Positions 9,923 through 19,090 of a stretch of 64,000 nucleotides of DNA are shown piece after piece. Source of the stretch: Chloroflexota bacterium (GTDB lineage Bacteria; Chloroflexota; UBA11872; VXOZ01). The notes under the pieces were generated by a model, which was not told the DNA's origin, searched no databases, and saw only the letters and a program-made list of their open reading frames with translations. The stretch spans positions 18,097 through 82,096 of the forward strand of contig JAAXIC010000030.1 of NCBI GenBank assembly GCA_012270555.1. Reading direction: 5' to 3'. The position numbers and the translations under genes are program-made. Positions within the stretch are counted from its first letter, which is position 1. Every line of letters starts with the position of its first letter.

Positions 9923-9940
9923 TTCACACTTAAGTGTGAA
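9923..9940. promoter_or_regulatory. Perfect 18-bp palindrome TTCACACTTAAGTGTGAA followed by TTTG. It is either a terminator hairpin for the upstream gene or an operator in the solute-binding-protein 1 leader.
   Basis: Read directly. It lies 17 nt after the stop of the 8743-9906 gene and 219 nt upstream of the binding-protein start at 10159. Confidence 0.4.
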
Positions 9941-10158
9941 TTTGCACCCTGTATGTATAGACATGCACACCTAGCTGATGTACCCTACAGTCAAGCGGTG
10001 TAAGGCGCAAAGGAAAGTAGGGGAAACACGGCTGCGACACCGCGCCTTACAGAGAAGGAGTGATTAAGAGCCAGAAGGAGGAGCAAGAGAAAGTAGCATC
10101 GCACCGTACTCCTTATGACCGGTTGCAGCCGTGACACGACAGAGAAAGGACGAAAAGA

Positions 10159-11595
10159 ATGGCAATGCGCAATCGTCATCTCACACGTAGGAGCGTGCTT
10201 GCCGGTATCGGCGGATCGATTGGCGTCTTGGCAGTCGCCGCGTGCGCGCAAGGGACTGCCACGCAGATGCCTGCGGAAGAAGAAAAGCCTGCGGATGAGC
10301 CAAAGCAGGCGGAAGAAGCACCGGAGATGGAAACAGTCACGGTGCGCGCCGGTTGGATTTCCAATGACGCCGCGGTGATCGAGCCCTTTTATGGTGACCT
10401 GCTTGTTGCCAGCTTCGAAGAGGCGCACCCCAACATCAAGGTGGAGTGGGAAGGCGCGCCCGCGCGCGAGCACCACGCCAAGCTCGCAACGCAACTGGCG
10501 GCCAACGAAGCGCCGGACGTGTTCCACAGCGACGGCGTCCGCTACGCGCTCTTCCGCGACTCCGGCTATATCAACGACCTCGCACCCTACCTGCAGCGCG
10601 ATGCCGGGACGCTGCAAGGCGTGATCGGCCCGGAATTCTTCCGCGATCCCGACGGGAGCACGTGGGGCATTTCCAGCAGCATCGGCGGCGTGGCTACGGC
10701 GTACAACACTGCGCACTTTGACAAGTTCGGTGTCAACCGGCTGCCGGAAAACGGCATCAACTGGAATCCCACCGACGGCGGGGAGTTCCTAGAAATCGCG
10801 CAAGAGCTCACCCAGCGCGGCAGCACCGAGGCCGACCCCGTATGGGGGTTCTTCAACAATAAGCAGATCACCGGCGACGTGCTGAGCCTGCTCGTGCAGA
10901 ACGGCACGAACTTCCTCAGCGATGACTACCGCCGCTCGCGCATTCACGAGCCGGAGTTCATGGAAGTGGTGGAATTCCTGCACAATTTGGAATTCAAGTG
11001 GCAGGTGTCGCCCAATCCGGAGCAAGTCGCGCTTCTGCTGGAGGCCATACCCGAAGGGCAGACCTACCACGCGCCGTTTGCCTTCCAGCGAACTGCGATG
11101 ATGAACCTGCTCATGGGTCAGTCCGGTCGTTGGGGCGGCCCCGATCCGGAGAGTTTGCCGGTGGTGGCCGTGAAGTTCCTGAACGGTCCCCAGAACGACA
11201 AGGTACCGAGCGGGGGCCGCGTCATGGAGCACTGGGGCAGTTCACAACAACCCGACGAGGCCTGGGACCTCATGCGCTTTTTCCTGACCGACCACGAGGT
11301 GAACATCGCGACCTTCACCATTCTCAAGTCCGGTCTGCCGCCCAATACGAATTTCTGGGACGACGAGCGGCTCTACGTGAAGGCAGGCCGCCCGCCGCGT
11401 GAAATCGAGGCCTACATGGCCACGTTGCGCGAAGGCAAGGGCTACTACTGGCAGGTGAACGGCGTCTGGAGCGCTTGGATCGGTGCCTATCGTGCGGGCC
11501 AGGGAGCGATCTGGGCCGGGGAAGCCACGGTAGAGGAGGCGATGCAGCAGGCCAGTAAGGAGGCGCAAGCGGCGCTGGACGAATACTACGGCTAA
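10159..11595 (+). CDS. ABC-transporter family-1 extracellular solute-binding lipoprotein (Tat signal and lipobox); orphan, paralog 1
   Basis: 478 aa. MAMRNRHLTRRSVLAGIGGSIGVLAVAAC (RR motif plus lipobox Cys), followed by an E/K/P/A-rich tether and a MalE/PotD-like body. No permease or ATPase genes adjacent. Confidence 0.75.
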   Translation: MAMRNRHLTRRSVLAGIGGSIGVLAVAACAQGTATQMPAEEEKPADEPKQAEEAPEMETVTVRAGWISNDAAVIEPFYGDLLVASFEEAHPNIKVEWEGAPAREHHAKLATQLAANEAPDVFHSDGVRYALFRDSGYINDLAPYLQRDAGTLQGVIGPEFFRDPDGSTWGISSSIGGVATAYNTAHFDKFGVNRLPENGINWNPTDGGEFLEIAQELTQRGSTEADPVWGFFNNKQITGDVLSLLVQNGTNFLSDDYRRSRIHEPEFMEVVEFLHNLEFKWQVSPNPEQVALLLEAIPEGQTYHAPFAFQRTAMMNLLMGQSGRWGGPDPESLPVVAVKFLNGPQNDKVPSGGRVMEHWGSSQQPDEAWDLMRFFLTDHEVNIATFTILKSGLPPNTNFWDDERLYVKAGRPPREIEAYMATLREGKGYYWQVNGVWSAWIGAYRAGQGAIWAGEATVEEAMQQASKEAQAALDEYYG

Positions 11596-11646
11596 GCTGC
11601 ACTACCGCACCGCCGTACGTCTCTCAGTGAAGAGACACGAAACACC

Positions 11647-11683
11647 GAACGCGCCGCTTCTCGTCATGAGAAGCGGCGCGTTC
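11647..11683. terminator. Bidirectional intrinsic terminator: perfect 16-bp stem GAACGCGCCGCTTCTC / GAGAAGCGGCGCGTTC with a 5-nt loop
   Basis: Read directly. It sits between the convergent stops of the binding-protein gene (11595) and the S8 peptidase gene (11769), with U-rich flanks on both strands. Confidence 0.6.
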
Positions 11684-11768
11684 ATATTTCGCCACTCTTG
11701 CGTTAGCACTAAGAGTCGAATCCAAGCAGCCATCTGCTGCTCGTCGATCCAAACCTAGCCGACCCTCC

Positions 11769-13169
11769 TTACACGGCGGCCCCTAAGGCTAAGCGGACCT
11801 CTGTCTGTAGAAACAACATACCTTGTTGCCGTTGTTGCTCAGAGAGTTGGCTGCGAGGATCACAGACCACCACCAAGCTGTCCTTGCCTTCCGGGATCCG
11901 GAAAGGCACCTCGCAGACCGCTTCCTCGCGTCCAATCACTTTTGGCACCAGCGCATGTCCTAGTTGCACACCGCCGCCTTCATCAAGCGGCCCATCGAAG
12001 ACCATCACCGCAACATTATGCGCGTCCAGTACACCCCGATTCGACAGGGTCACCTGTACACGACCGACCTCCCGATCCAACTCTGACACCTCAACTGCGG
12101 CCATTTCTAGCGCACATTCCACGCGGTCAACCGACACCGCCACATGCGCATCAATGAGGCCGTGCCCCATAAAGGGATTCCAGCCGCTGCCGCCTGCCGG
12201 TTGCCGCGCCGTATTGCGTATGACCATCCTTACTTCCTCCGCCGTCAAGCCGGGATGCCGGGACCATACAAGCGCGGCCAGGCCGGATACATGCCCGATC
12301 GCCATGCAGCCGCCCGACCACTCCACGTACCCGCCGTGCTCACCGGAAATCGTGCTGAGCACACCGTATTCCTGTTGTGGATGCGCACCGAGCGTGGCTG
12401 CCATGACATCTTCCTCCGCCAGCGGCAGGATGCGGCGTGATGGATCACTGGCAAGATCGTAGCCTCGCCAGCCGGAAGGCGCCGCGACCTCCGTGAGGTC
12501 GCCGTAGTCGCTGAAGTCGGCCATGCGGCCGCTCTTGTCAGCGGAGGCTACGTTGACCACCCCCGGACAGAGCGCGGGATACTTGGCGACGTTATGGGCC
12601 TGATTGCCGCCGGTGGCATTGATGATCAGAACATCATTCTGCTGCGCATAGAGGCAGGCTTCCCATAGTTCTTCTGAATGCGGCGGCGTCCAGGCGCTGT
12701 AGATCGTGGGCAGGCCGTGCTTGATGTTGTACATGTAGCCCACGTCGCTCAGGTTAATGACGCGCGCGCCGTTGTCCACGGCAAACCGGATTCCTCGCGC
12801 AAGCTCGCCATCGTGGTACGTATTGACCCGCACGGGCAGAATGCGGCATTCCGGTGCGACCCCGGCAGTGCCAATGCCGTTGTCCGCGCGCGCGGCGATG
12901 ATGCCGGAGATGTGTGTGCCGTGGTCGGTAGAGTCCTTGTGCCGGCGCGGCTTTGACGTGTCGTCAACACTATCGTCATCGTCCCACAGGTCCCAGCCCG
13001 GCAAGAACTGCCCCGCCAGATCGGGATGCCCCACGTCAATGCCCTTCTCGATGACGGCCACCACCACGTCAGGGCTGCCGCGCGTTGTTTCCCAGGCATC
13101 TGGTGCCCGTATGAGCTGCAATCCCCATTGCTGTGCGAAGAGTGGATCATTAACGGGCACCATAGTCAT
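11769..13169 (-). CDS. Subtilisin-like (S8 family) peptidase homolog, leaderless, with a non-canonical Glu-His-Cys triad
   Basis: 466 aa. It starts at the mature-domain motif DPLFAQQWGL..APDAW with no signal or propeptide. The His box DHGTHISGIIAA is intact. The Asp box reads VAVIEKGID (Glu at the catalytic Asp position). The Ser box reads GGCMAIGHVSG (Cys at the catalytic Ser position). The Cys codon TGC was checked on the DNA. Confidence 0.8.
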   Translation of the reverse strand: MTMVPVNDPLFAQQWGLQLIRAPDAWETTRGSPDVVVAVIEKGIDVGHPDLAGQFLPGWDLWDDDDSVDDTSKPRRHKDSTDHGTHISGIIAARADNGIGTAGVAPECRILPVRVNTYHDGELARGIRFAVDNGARVINLSDVGYMYNIKHGLPTIYSAWTPPHSEELWEACLYAQQNDVLIINATGGNQAHNVAKYPALCPGVVNVASADKSGRMADFSDYGDLTEVAAPSGWRGYDLASDPSRRILPLAEEDVMAATLGAHPQQEYGVLSTISGEHGGYVEWSGGCMAIGHVSGLAALVWSRHPGLTAEEVRMVIRNTARQPAGGSGWNPFMGHGLIDAHVAVSVDRVECALEMAAVEVSELDREVGRVQVTLSNRGVLDAHNVAVMVFDGPLDEGGGVQLGHALVPKVIGREEAVCEVPFRIPEGKDSLVVVCDPRSQLSEQQRQQGMLFLQTEVRLALGAAV

Positions 13170-13497
13170 CTTCCTTATTTGGCGCTTGGCACATAGCTTA
13201 TCCTCAGTGTAAACAGGTCGTTACTCAAGCGGCTAGACATGCTCTCACTATGAATTGCTTCAAGAGGCTTGTCAATCCCGTGGCACGTGAATCCTACTCT
13301 CCACTTGACGACAGGGATTTGCATAGTACACTATCGGTATGAAGAACCGCGTTCTACAGAGCGCCAACTCTGTACGTTACGGAAGGGGGTTACCGTATAC
13401 GATTCTGGCAGAGCAAAGTCCGCGTGGGTTCGCTAGGCGCACCACAAACGGCCTGGCGGCCCGATAGGTGAATATCAAAGACAAGAGAGGGTAAGAA

Positions 13498-14940
13498 ATG
13501 TCATTTGCACGTAGTCGCATTACGCGTCGGCGCATGCTTGCCGGTACCGGCGGCGTGTTCGGTGCTATCGCCCTGGCGGCGTGCGGCACCGCCATGCCGG
13601 CGGATTCCGGTGACATGCCGGAGCAGAAGGATGAGGCGCCCGCGGCCGAAGAACAGAAGCCAGCCGAGAAGGTCACGGTCTCTGTCAGATGGATCTCGAA
13701 CGACCTCACCCTGGTTGAGCCATTCTACGAGAATCTCGTTGTGGCGCGATTCTACGAGAACTACGACAACATCGAGCTTGATTGGGTAGGCGACACCTAC
13801 CGCGACACCATGAGCCAGCTGAATACACAGTTGGCCGCCGGCGACGCGCCCGATGTCTTCCATAACGACGGCGTCTTCTTCGCGCGCAACCGTGACGCGG
13901 GGTTCGCTCGGTCACTCACTGAGTACACCAAGCGTGATGGCGCTCAGCTCGAGGGCATCCGTGGTCCTGAGTTCTTTAGCGACGAGAAGCAGGACGTCTA
14001 CGGTGTCTGCATGGGCGTCGGTTGCTCGGCGTTTGCCTACAACACCGACATCTTTGACCGCATGGGCATCAACCGTTTGCCCGCCGAAGGCATCGACTGG
14101 AATCCAGGCGACGGCGGCACGTTGCTGGAGATCGCATCCGACATCACGGCAAAAGGCGAGAACGAAGATCCCAAGATTTGGGGCTTCTTCAACAACAAGC
14201 AGATCACCTTTGACGTGCTGGGCATGCTGCTTCAGAACGGCACGAACTTCCTGTCCGACGACTACCGCCGTTCGCGCATCCACGAGCCGGAATTCGTCGC
14301 GGTCATCCAGTTCCTGTGGGACTTGGAGTTCAAGTATCGGGTCTCGCCGAATCCCGACGACATTGCAGAGTTCAATGCGAGCATTCCCGAAGGGTCCGGT
14401 TACCACGGTCCATTTGCCTGGCAACGGGCAGCCATGATGAACCTCGGCCTCGGCCAGTCCGGTTCCTGGGGTTCGCCGGAGCCGGAAAAACTGCCCATCG
14501 AAGCGGTGCAGTTCATCAACGGTCCGGCCAACAGCAAAGTGCCTGGCGGTGGACGTGTGGTAGAGATGTGGGGCAGCACCGAAGTGCCCGATGAGGCCTG
14601 GGAAGTGATGAAGTTCCCGTTGGTCGACCATGAGGTCCAGGTTGGGGTCTTCACAATCCTACGCGACGGCTTGCCGGCCAACACCAATACGTGGGACGAT
14701 GCACGGCTACTTGAGAAGAGCGGTCGTCCTCCGCGTGAGGTGGAAGCGTACATGGCCCCACTTAGAGAAGGCCGCGGCCAGTACTGGCAGGTCAACGGCG
14801 TGTGGCTGGAGTGGATCCGCGCATTCCGCGGCCAGCAGGCCCGTGCGTGGGCGCAGGAAGTCACCGTCGAGGAAGCCATGCGTGAGGCGAGCAATTTAGC
14901 GCAGGCTCACCTGGACGAGTACTACGCCAATCAGGGCTAA
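13498..14940 (+). CDS. ABC-transporter family-1 extracellular solute-binding lipoprotein (Tat signal and lipobox); orphan, paralog 2
   Basis: 480 aa, MSFARSRITRRRMLAGTGGVFGAIALAAC. Roughly 55-60% identical to paralog 1, with shared blocks such as GFFNNKQIT.DVL..L.QNGTNFLSDDYRRSRIHEPEF. Confidence 0.75.
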   Translation: MSFARSRITRRRMLAGTGGVFGAIALAACGTAMPADSGDMPEQKDEAPAAEEQKPAEKVTVSVRWISNDLTLVEPFYENLVVARFYENYDNIELDWVGDTYRDTMSQLNTQLAAGDAPDVFHNDGVFFARNRDAGFARSLTEYTKRDGAQLEGIRGPEFFSDEKQDVYGVCMGVGCSAFAYNTDIFDRMGINRLPAEGIDWNPGDGGTLLEIASDITAKGENEDPKIWGFFNNKQITFDVLGMLLQNGTNFLSDDYRRSRIHEPEFVAVIQFLWDLEFKYRVSPNPDDIAEFNASIPEGSGYHGPFAWQRAAMMNLGLGQSGSWGSPEPEKLPIEAVQFINGPANSKVPGGGRVVEMWGSTEVPDEAWEVMKFPLVDHEVQVGVFTILRDGLPANTNTWDDARLLEKSGRPPREVEAYMAPLREGRGQYWQVNGVWLEWIRAFRGQQARAWAQEVTVEEAMREASNLAQAHLDEYYANQG

Positions 14941-14963
14941 GTTCCCGCTACATTGGCAATCAA

Positions 14964-14995
14964 ACGAGGAGGGTCGCCTGATCCTCCTCGTTTTG
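14964..14995 (+). terminator. Rho-independent terminator ACGAGGAGG-(10-nt loop)-CCTCCTCGT followed by TTTTG
   Basis: Read directly, 24 nt after the stop of binding protein 2. Confidence 0.7.
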
Positions 14996-15247
14996 CGTTG
15001 TGCCGCCTGAGAACTCTAAGTCTATGCTCCGGTATACTGAGGTTGTGAACACTCGCAATCAACCTGCAACGGCACCTGCCATTCAGAAACGTATGCAAGG
15101 CTACAAACATCTGCGGAATTCCGCTATATGCTTGAGGTAAGTGGGATTTGAGCGAACACGATTTGCCAGTGGGCCGCCATCAATTCAAGTGGTCGTGGCT
15201 CTTGGGACAAGGAATGGCAAGACAGCTAACGAAACAGGGCTAGCAGG

Positions 15248-15961
15248 ATGACGCCACTTCTAACCGCACTCATCGCATTTGGCGCCGGTATCGCGTCGTT
15301 CCTCTCGCCGTGCGTGCTGCCGCTGGTGCCGGCCTATATCGGTCACTTGGCGGGAACGAGCGTATCGGAAGAACGGGACACCGAGGCCACGCTACGTACG
15401 GTGGCCCACGCGGCCTTTTTCGTCCTTGGGTTTTCGGCCGTTTTCGTCATTCTTTGGGCCTCAATCGGCCTCGTCGGGTGGGCCATTCAGGGCTACACTT
15501 TCTACCTGCGCTACATCGGCGGCGCGATTCTCGTCATCCTTGGTCTCCACGTTGCCGGCATATTTCGCTTGCGCTGGCTAAACCGGGAGCGGCGTGTCTA
15601 CGTCGACCGCAGCCGACCCCGGAGCTTCTTTACTTCATGGCTTGTAGGGATTACTTTCGCGGCAGGCTGGACCCCTTGCATAGGCCCCATCCTCGCCGGC
15701 ATCATTGCGCTTGCTACCACGCGCGATACTGTCGGTCAGGGCTCTTTGCTCCTGGCACTTTACTCCGCCGGCCTGGGCATTCCCTTTCTGCTGACGGCAA
15801 TCGGCCTATCCCGCGCCGTCCCGATACTGCGTTGGATGAACCGTCACGCCCACACGGTAGAGGTAGTCAGCGGCGGCTTCCTGATCGTGGTAGGCATAAT
15901 GTTGTTTACAAACACGTTTGCCCTACTCAACGCCTACTTTGCGTGGATACCGATTTTCTAG
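15248..15961 (+). CDS. ccdA: Cytochrome c biogenesis / thiol-disulfide transfer membrane protein CcdA (DsbD family)
   Basis: 237 aa, FLSPCVLPLVPAYIG paired-Cys motif, multi-pass membrane protein. Confidence 0.85.
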   Translation: MTPLLTALIAFGAGIASFLSPCVLPLVPAYIGHLAGTSVSEERDTEATLRTVAHAAFFVLGFSAVFVILWASIGLVGWAIQGYTFYLRYIGGAILVILGLHVAGIFRLRWLNRERRVYVDRSRPRSFFTSWLVGITFAAGWTPCIGPILAGIIALATTRDTVGQGSLLLALYSAGLGIPFLLTAIGLSRAVPILRWMNRHAHTVEVVSGGFLIVVGIMLFTNTFALLNAYFAWIPIF

Positions 15962-16087
15962 CGATAGGCAGACCGATGACACTCGCGCCGGTAGCGCAGG
16001 TTTGCATCCCGCGCTCGGTGGCGTAGGTTTGCAACCTGCGCCCATCTGCCGCACAGACAGTCGCCGTTCACCCTTCGACACGCTCAG

Positions 16088-16174
16088 GGCGAACGGCTAA
16101 AGGTAGGCTGGTCAAGTCGCGGGCGTACGGCTGAAGGTGCGTAAGACAAGCCGCGGACCACGGCTGCACGTGCC
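16088..16174. repeat. About 2.5 copies of a 34-bp imperfect tandem direct repeat (GGCGnACGGCTnAAGGT...CAAGnCGCG)
   Basis: Units read at 16088-16121, 16122-16155 and partially at 16156-16174, about 70% identical, in the convergent intergenic region between ccdA and the molybdoenzyme gene. Confidence 0.5.
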
Positions 16175-16287
16175 TGGGAAAGCGAGCCATCCAACTACTG
16201 TTCACAAAATTAAGCGTACGAGCGCGGGGTTTTCACCCCACGCTCAAGACTCTGCGGTTGCGACTTAAGTAGTCTTACGCAATGGCG

Positions 16288-19071
16288 TCACGGCACGCGA
16301 TATGTCTCCGCAGCAGGCTTCACCGGTCGCGGCATCCAGAGCGGACGTCGCAATGCGTTCGTTCCTTCTGCTGGCCGTGCCTTCTTAAGCCATTCCAAGT
16401 AAACTTCGTGGGATTTGCGCGTATCCACGAAGACGTCGCCGTACCGGTCGTCCGCGCCTGCCGTTTCCACGCGCACCTTCTGGTGCCAGCAGTGCATGCC
16501 GCTCACCGGGTCCGGGTGCACCGGGAACGTCAGGTTTTGATGCACACCCGATTCCTTCCACCAGATGCGCTGGGAATCCGGATCGTCGCTCTCGAACGGC
16601 CCGATGCCTTCGATCTGGCGCATGAACCACTGGCCTTCGCCGACATTCTTGAAGTCCACGTGGGCCGTCGACCAGCGCTCGCCGCCGTTCTCTTTCGAAA
16701 GGCGCCAGCGACCGAGATGATGCGAACACGCCACGATGCCGGGGCGTATGCCCTCCGTGACCCAAACACGAATCACGAAATAGCCGATTTCGGTGTTGAC
16801 CCGCGCCAAGGCGCCAGTCTCAAATTCCAGCCGCTCAGCGTCCTGGGGATGCACCCAGAGTGGATTGGTGTGCGAAATCTCATACAGCCACTTGGCGTTG
16901 CCGGCGCGTGTATGAATGAGCGTCGGCAAGCGAAACGTCGGCAGCAGAACGTACTCGCCCTTGCCGTGGTCGATGTTCTCCCGATGCACGTGACTCTTGA
17001 TGTAAGTCGGCACAGCGTATTCAGACCACTTAAAGTCACGAAGCGTATCAGAGAAGAATTCCAGCTTGCGTGACGGCGTATGGAATCCTTCAACCGCCTT
17101 GCCGTCCACAACCACACCAAGCACCTCGCCGTTGTTGCGCACGTGACCTGTCACAGCGTCAATCTCAGCACCCTCAAGTTGCTCGTCGGTCAGCGGATTC
17201 TCATGCACCGCGTAGGTATCCCGCTTCACCTCAAACGCGCCGTACTTGCGCATGTACGCCAGCGGCGTGAGGTCCTCTTTTCCTGCCGCCTCGGGCAGAC
17301 CGGGCACGCTATTTTCGAAAATCCATTGGTAGTATTCGCTGATGGTGAGCTTCTCGCCAGGTCGGTACGGTGACTCGAAAAACTCCCGCACGCCCAGGCT
17401 GCCGTCCGGATCAATGCGCCAGGATAGCTCAATCCAGAATTCGTCCTCTTCCCAGACTTCACCGGGATTGGCTTCATAGGTGAATTCGAACGATTCCCCG
17501 CCCTTTTCCCGTGCCACGCGCATGACCGGCTGTCGAAACGCGATCCACGCGCCGGCCTGCGTTTCCTGGCTCATGAGATCATGGCGCTCGGCGCCGTTGC
17601 CCATGGGCAGCACGTAGTCGGCGAACCAGGCCGTCTCGCTCCACACCGGCGTCAGCGCAGCGTGCACCCCAATCTGTTCTTCATCGCTCAGCATCTCAAT
17701 CCACGAGGCACCATCGGGATTCGTCCACACCGGGTTATAGACACGCGTAAAGTACGTATCCACCTTGCCGCGGCCTTCCTTGAGGAAGTGCGGCAGCAAA
17801 ATACTCATTTCGTGATGCGCCAGCGGATATTCCCGCGGCCACAGGAGTTCGCTCCACACCTGCTGCGGCGGCGGTTTGATGTAGGGCGCGGGGGCGAATT
17901 TGTTCCAACTGTTGGGCGACGTGCCGCCGCGGGTGCCGATGCTCCCCGTCAACACGCCGAGAAACGTGAGGCAGCGCGAGACCTGCCAGCCGCCTTCATT
18001 GCCCGAGGCCGCGCTGCGCCAGACGTGACTGGCAAAGGCAGTGCCTGCCGCCGCGATGTCACGCGCCACCGCCACGATCTGGTCTGCCGCCACGCCGCTT
18101 TCCTGCGCGGCATACTCCGGCGTAAACGAGGCATAAAATTCCTTGATAGCAGCGATGAAATTGTCGAATGTGGCATCCACATCGGGATGCTCAGCACGCA
18201 TGAATTGCTGCCAATTGAGCCACTTTTCCATGAAGTCGCGGTTGTACAGGTCTTCTTGAAGAATGACGTTCGCCATAGCCAGCAAGATTGCCGGTTCTGA
18301 GCCCGGCCAGGATGACAGCCAGTAGTCCGCCCGCGAAGCCGTGTTCGAGAGCCGTGTGTCGATAACGGCAATCTTGGCGCCGGAAAGTTTACCCTCGATG
18401 ATGCGCTGCGCGTGGGGATTGAAATAGTGGCCGGTCTCCAAGTGCGCGCTGATCAGCAGCATGAAGCGCGAATTCGCATGATCGGGAGAGGGGCGGTCCG
18501 CGCCCTGCCACAGGGTATACCCCAGGCGGGCAGCGGATGAGCACACGTTCGTATGACTGTTGTGCCCGTCCACACCCCAGGCCTGCAGCACGCGGTCCAT
18601 ATAGCCGTCGTGGCCGGGACGACCCACGTGGTACATGACCTCAGTGCGGCGGTCTTCCTGCAAGGCTTTGCGAATGCGCGCTGCCAGCGTATCCAGCACT
18701 TCATCCCACGTGGTGCGCTCCCATTGACCGGAACCACGTGGACCCGTGCGCTTCATGGGATAGAGAATCCGCTCGGGGTCGTGCACTTGGTTGATGGTCG
18801 CTGGGCCCTTGGCGCAATTGCGGCCCCGGCTGCCGGGATGCGCCGGGTTGCCCTCGAACTTGCGGATGCGCATATCCTCTTTGTCGATATACGCCAGCAA
18901 CCCACAGGCCGCCTCGCAATTGAAGCACACCGTGGGCACCAACATGTAGTTCTTGGAGACTCTCTGCGGCCAGGCATCCGGATCGTATTCCGTCCAGTCG
19001 TCCCACTGGTCGACCGGCGGGTAGTTTGTCAGTTGGCCCGACTCCGGAAACTGCGGTTCAAATACCGACAT
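16288..19071 (-). CDS. Molybdopterin (Mo-bisPGD) oxidoreductase catalytic subunit, Psr/Ttr/Phs-like member of the complex iron-sulfur molybdoenzyme family; no Tat signal
   Basis: 927 aa. N-terminal FS0 cluster motif CFNCEAACG...x27...C. Its size and conserved blocks match polysulfide or tetrathionate reductase A subunits. The N-terminus MSVFEPQFPESGQL lacks a twin-arginine motif. Confidence 0.8.
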   Translation of the reverse strand: MSVFEPQFPESGQLTNYPPVDQWDDWTEYDPDAWPQRVSKNYMLVPTVCFNCEAACGLLAYIDKEDMRIRKFEGNPAHPGSRGRNCAKGPATINQVHDPERILYPMKRTGPRGSGQWERTTWDEVLDTLAARIRKALQEDRRTEVMYHVGRPGHDGYMDRVLQAWGVDGHNSHTNVCSSAARLGYTLWQGADRPSPDHANSRFMLLISAHLETGHYFNPHAQRIIEGKLSGAKIAVIDTRLSNTASRADYWLSSWPGSEPAILLAMANVILQEDLYNRDFMEKWLNWQQFMRAEHPDVDATFDNFIAAIKEFYASFTPEYAAQESGVAADQIVAVARDIAAAGTAFASHVWRSAASGNEGGWQVSRCLTFLGVLTGSIGTRGGTSPNSWNKFAPAPYIKPPPQQVWSELLWPREYPLAHHEMSILLPHFLKEGRGKVDTYFTRVYNPVWTNPDGASWIEMLSDEEQIGVHAALTPVWSETAWFADYVLPMGNGAERHDLMSQETQAGAWIAFRQPVMRVAREKGGESFEFTYEANPGEVWEEDEFWIELSWRIDPDGSLGVREFFESPYRPGEKLTISEYYQWIFENSVPGLPEAAGKEDLTPLAYMRKYGAFEVKRDTYAVHENPLTDEQLEGAEIDAVTGHVRNNGEVLGVVVDGKAVEGFHTPSRKLEFFSDTLRDFKWSEYAVPTYIKSHVHRENIDHGKGEYVLLPTFRLPTLIHTRAGNAKWLYEISHTNPLWVHPQDAERLEFETGALARVNTEIGYFVIRVWVTEGIRPGIVACSHHLGRWRLSKENGGERWSTAHVDFKNVGEGQWFMRQIEGIGPFESDDPDSQRIWWKESGVHQNLTFPVHPDPVSGMHCWHQKVRVETAGADDRYGDVFVDTRKSHEVYLEWLKKARPAEGTNALRRPLWMPRPVKPAAETYRVP

Positions 19072-19090
19072 TACGCAGACACTCCTCTCG

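Noticed and set aside
13420-13445. tRNA-like 3' end (GGGTTCGCTAGGCGCACCA) in the binding-protein 2 leader
   Set aside because: The T-loop does not match TTCGAAT/TTCAAAT, and no acceptor, D or anticodon stems can be built around it. It is not a tRNA.
15310-16026. 238-aa ORF on the plus strand overlapping ccdA in another frame
   Set aside because: It is Arg/Pro/Gly-rich with no motifs, an out-of-frame shadow of the well-supported CcdA membrane protein.
16088-16174. Possible CRISPR array
   Set aside because: The repeats are directly adjacent with no unique spacers, only about 70% identical, about 2.5 copies, and no cas genes nearby. This is a simple tandem repeat, not a CRISPR.
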